A stretch of DNA of 64,000 bases from Geosiphon pyriformis uo1 (Eukaryota > Fungi > Glomeromycota). The position numbers and the translations under genes were made by a program. Positions 62,902-64,000 of the stretch are shown in pieces. The notes under the pieces are model-generated. The model saw only the letters and a program-made list of their open reading frames with translations. It was not told the origin of the DNA and searched no databases. Within the stretch, counting starts at the first letter, position 1. Each line of letters begins with the position of its first letter. The DNA lies in NCBI GenBank assembly GCA_016748015.1, contig JAAOMT010000213.1:340485-404484 (forward strand), written 5' to 3'.

Positions 62902-64000
62902 ATGTCCACCATTCCACCTCTTATCCCAAGAACGACAAGCAGTCAACAAGCTTCGATAAGTAGTCATGGAAATTCTCCAACGATAAATTCACCCAATTCA
63001 ATGATTTTTTCAGCCTTTCTTGAAAAAGATTTTGACGTAAAATCATGGGTAAATTCCGCGTTATCAAACGCAAGAGCAAAGTCAACATCTTCGGTGCTCT
63101 CCAAAAAACCTCGCTCCTCTGTAGCCAGGGCCTCCCCCGAAGAGGAGGGAGAAACCTCTGAAACATTGAGTCCATCTCAGCTTTCTTTATTATCAAACCA
63201 CACAGCTATACTCGTGGAAAAGCTCGATTTTTTAAACCAAGAAGTTTTTCAACGTCTCGAACGCGCAATCGATGACGTGATAAAAAGCATGCCGCGTGTA
63301 ATTTCAGACTTGGAAGTACTAAAGGAAGATACTGAAAGCTTGAAATACAGTCTCACCGATATTCAACAACATCTTGATAACGTTGAGGCTAATACTGGCG
63401 CGGCTCTAGAAAGACTCCGTTATCTTGACTTGGTGAAAACTAGAATGGAATCATCACGTGATGTCTTGCGTGAAGCCGAAAATTGGAGTAATCTTGAGGC
63501 AGAGGCTAGTACAATTTTTGCCTCGCAAGACTATCAAAAAGCAAGTTCACGACTGCATGAGGCCGAAAAAAGCTTGGCCATTTTTCAGAATACAACAGAA
63601 TTCGAGGAACGTAGACGCCTATTAACAGAACTACAAAATCAATTGGAGGCAACAATTAGTCCTCAAGTTTTTGCTGCCTTAAATCAACATGATGTTGCTG
63701 CCTGTCAAAAGTTTTTTACCATTTTTTCCCAAATTGGACGCAAAAAAGCCTTTTGTAATTATTATTACGGTTCACGGAAAGCACCACTTGTAAAATTGTG
63801 GCAAAGTTCTCTTTTTATCGAGGAGAAACAAAAGCATCAAGTTTCTTCACTGGAGACACCTACTAGCATTGGAGAAGAAATTCAACTACCCAAATTTGTG
63901 AACTTTTTACAGAGATTTTATGATGAATGCTTTGTGGTTCTGAACGAAGAGCACACATGGTGTGGAAATGTATTTCCTGACGCTAATGAAACACTGATTT
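62902..64000 (+). CDS. COG7: Conserved oligomeric Golgi complex subunit 7, 5' part (continues beyond window)
   Basis: Open frame from ATG 62902 to the window end: FSAFLEKDFDVKSWVN, LVEKL...LERAIDDVIKSMPRV, LDLVKTRME.SRDVLREAENWSNL, NQLEATISP. Confidence 0.88.
   Translation, partial: MSTIPPLIPRTTSSQQASISSHGNSPTINSPNSMIFSAFLEKDFDVKSWVNSALSNARAKSTSSVLSKKPRSSVARASPEEEGETSETLSPSQLSLLSNHTAILVEKLDFLNQEVFQRLERAIDDVIKSMPRVISDLEVLKEDTESLKYSLTDIQQHLDNVEANTGAALERLRYLDLVKTRMESSRDVLREAENWSNLEAEASTIFASQDYQKASSRLHEAEKSLAIFQNTTEFEERRRLLTELQNQLEATISPQVFAALNQHDVAACQKFFTIFSQIGRKKAFCNYYYGSRKAPLVKLWQSSLFIEEKQKHQVSSLETPTSIGEEIQLPKFVNFLQRFYDECFVVLNEEHTWCGNVFPDANETLI

Overview
Eukaryotic (fungal) DNA with short-intron genes. 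Gene and TE content suggest Mucoromycota/Glomeromycotina, possibly Geosiphon-like; this is inference. Bases 1 to ~40,400 are a dense, nested block of decayed retroelements. It holds two related Ty3/Gypsy families (A partial at 1-6696 on minus; B full-length at 13020-24283 on plus with a CTGT TSD), four solo LTRs, and several APE-RT-RNaseH LINE copies. All are riddled with C:G->T:A transitions and nearly devoid of CpG. A tRNA-Ala(UGC) gene at 40517 marks an abrupt switch to a compact, CpG-containing gene island: MSH6, UTP14, a hypothetical membrane/coiled-coil protein, an F-box/LRR gene, MRPS17, an SCJ1-like DnaJ, NUDC and VTI1. A short relic block (LINE ORF1, DDE transposase) and the 5' part of COG7 follow. 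The most unusual signals are: (i) the Gypsy architecture, a Gag-PR-Cys-rich(Zn)-dUTPase-RT-RH polyprotein that stops right after RNase H, then an apparently separate integrase ORF behind an A/C-rich spacer, then a third non-env ORF ending at the PPT; and (ii) a repeat-restricted, all-context C->T hypermutation resembling RIP in a lineage where RIP is not established. Coordinates of degenerate elements are approximate.
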